64,000 bases of DNA from Lytechinus pictus. Lineage: Eukaryota. Below the pieces are notes generated by a model. That model saw nothing but the letters and a program-made list of their open reading frames with translations. It searched no databases and was not told where the DNA came from. Location of the stretch: positions 20,648,001-20,712,000 of the forward strand of contig NC_087251.1 of NCBI RefSeq assembly GCF_037042905.1. The letters run 5' to 3'. The position numbers were made by a program, and so were the translations under genes. Of this stretch, positions 63,845-64,000 are shown piece after piece; position 1 is the first letter of the stretch, and every line of letters begins with the position of its first letter.

Positions 63845-63953
63845 GGCCTAAGCTTTCGATCCTAGCAGAATCTTCGTCGGAGGCAAAATTACCATTTTGC
63901 CTCCGACGAAGATTCTGCTGGGATCGAAAGCTTAGGCCCCTTTTGACTTTCTA
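63845..63953. repeat. Near-perfect palindrome (mini-MITE); its left end is displaced to 60051-60073
   Basis: 45-bp arms with one mismatch around a TACC loop; the right arm continues ccttttgactttcta, complementary to tagaaagtcaaaagg at 60051. Confidence 0.9.
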
Positions 63954-64000
63954 TGATAAATTAATGAGTATTTAATTAGTTTCTACCCCCTGAAGTCGTC

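Overview
AT-rich, intron-containing animal genomic DNA; the SINE and MITE families look echinoderm/sea-urchin-like, which is an inference. Three protein-coding genes were reconstructed by hand from GT-AG boundaries and reading-frame phase. Two are tandem + strand paralogs of the nucleotide sanitiser DNPH1/Rcl (CDS 8758-15056, 140 aa; CDS 22829-26670, 141 aa), each with 4 coding exons and identical intron phases. The third is a convergent - strand 13-exon MOK ciliary kinase gene (54980-35468, 438 aa, TEY activation loop) with an RFX X-box upstream. The rest is transposon-dense: a frameshifted CR1-type LINE fragment, a tRNA-derived SINE and many non-autonomous DNA elements (Harbinger-like CAG-TSD, hAT-like 8-bp TSD, TTAA-TSD, Tc1/mariner-like fold-backs, GG-ended 8-bp-TSD). 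Three items stand out. (1) The second DNPH1 paralog keeps the catalytic Tyr/Asp/Glu but has replaced the Arg30- and His56-equivalent residues. (2) A chimeric insertion joins a LINE to a copy of the neighbouring DNPH1 intron that begins at the 5' splice site. (3) A three-level nested transposon stack splits a 124-bp near-perfect palindrome. No prokaryote-type system (CRISPR, operon) is present.
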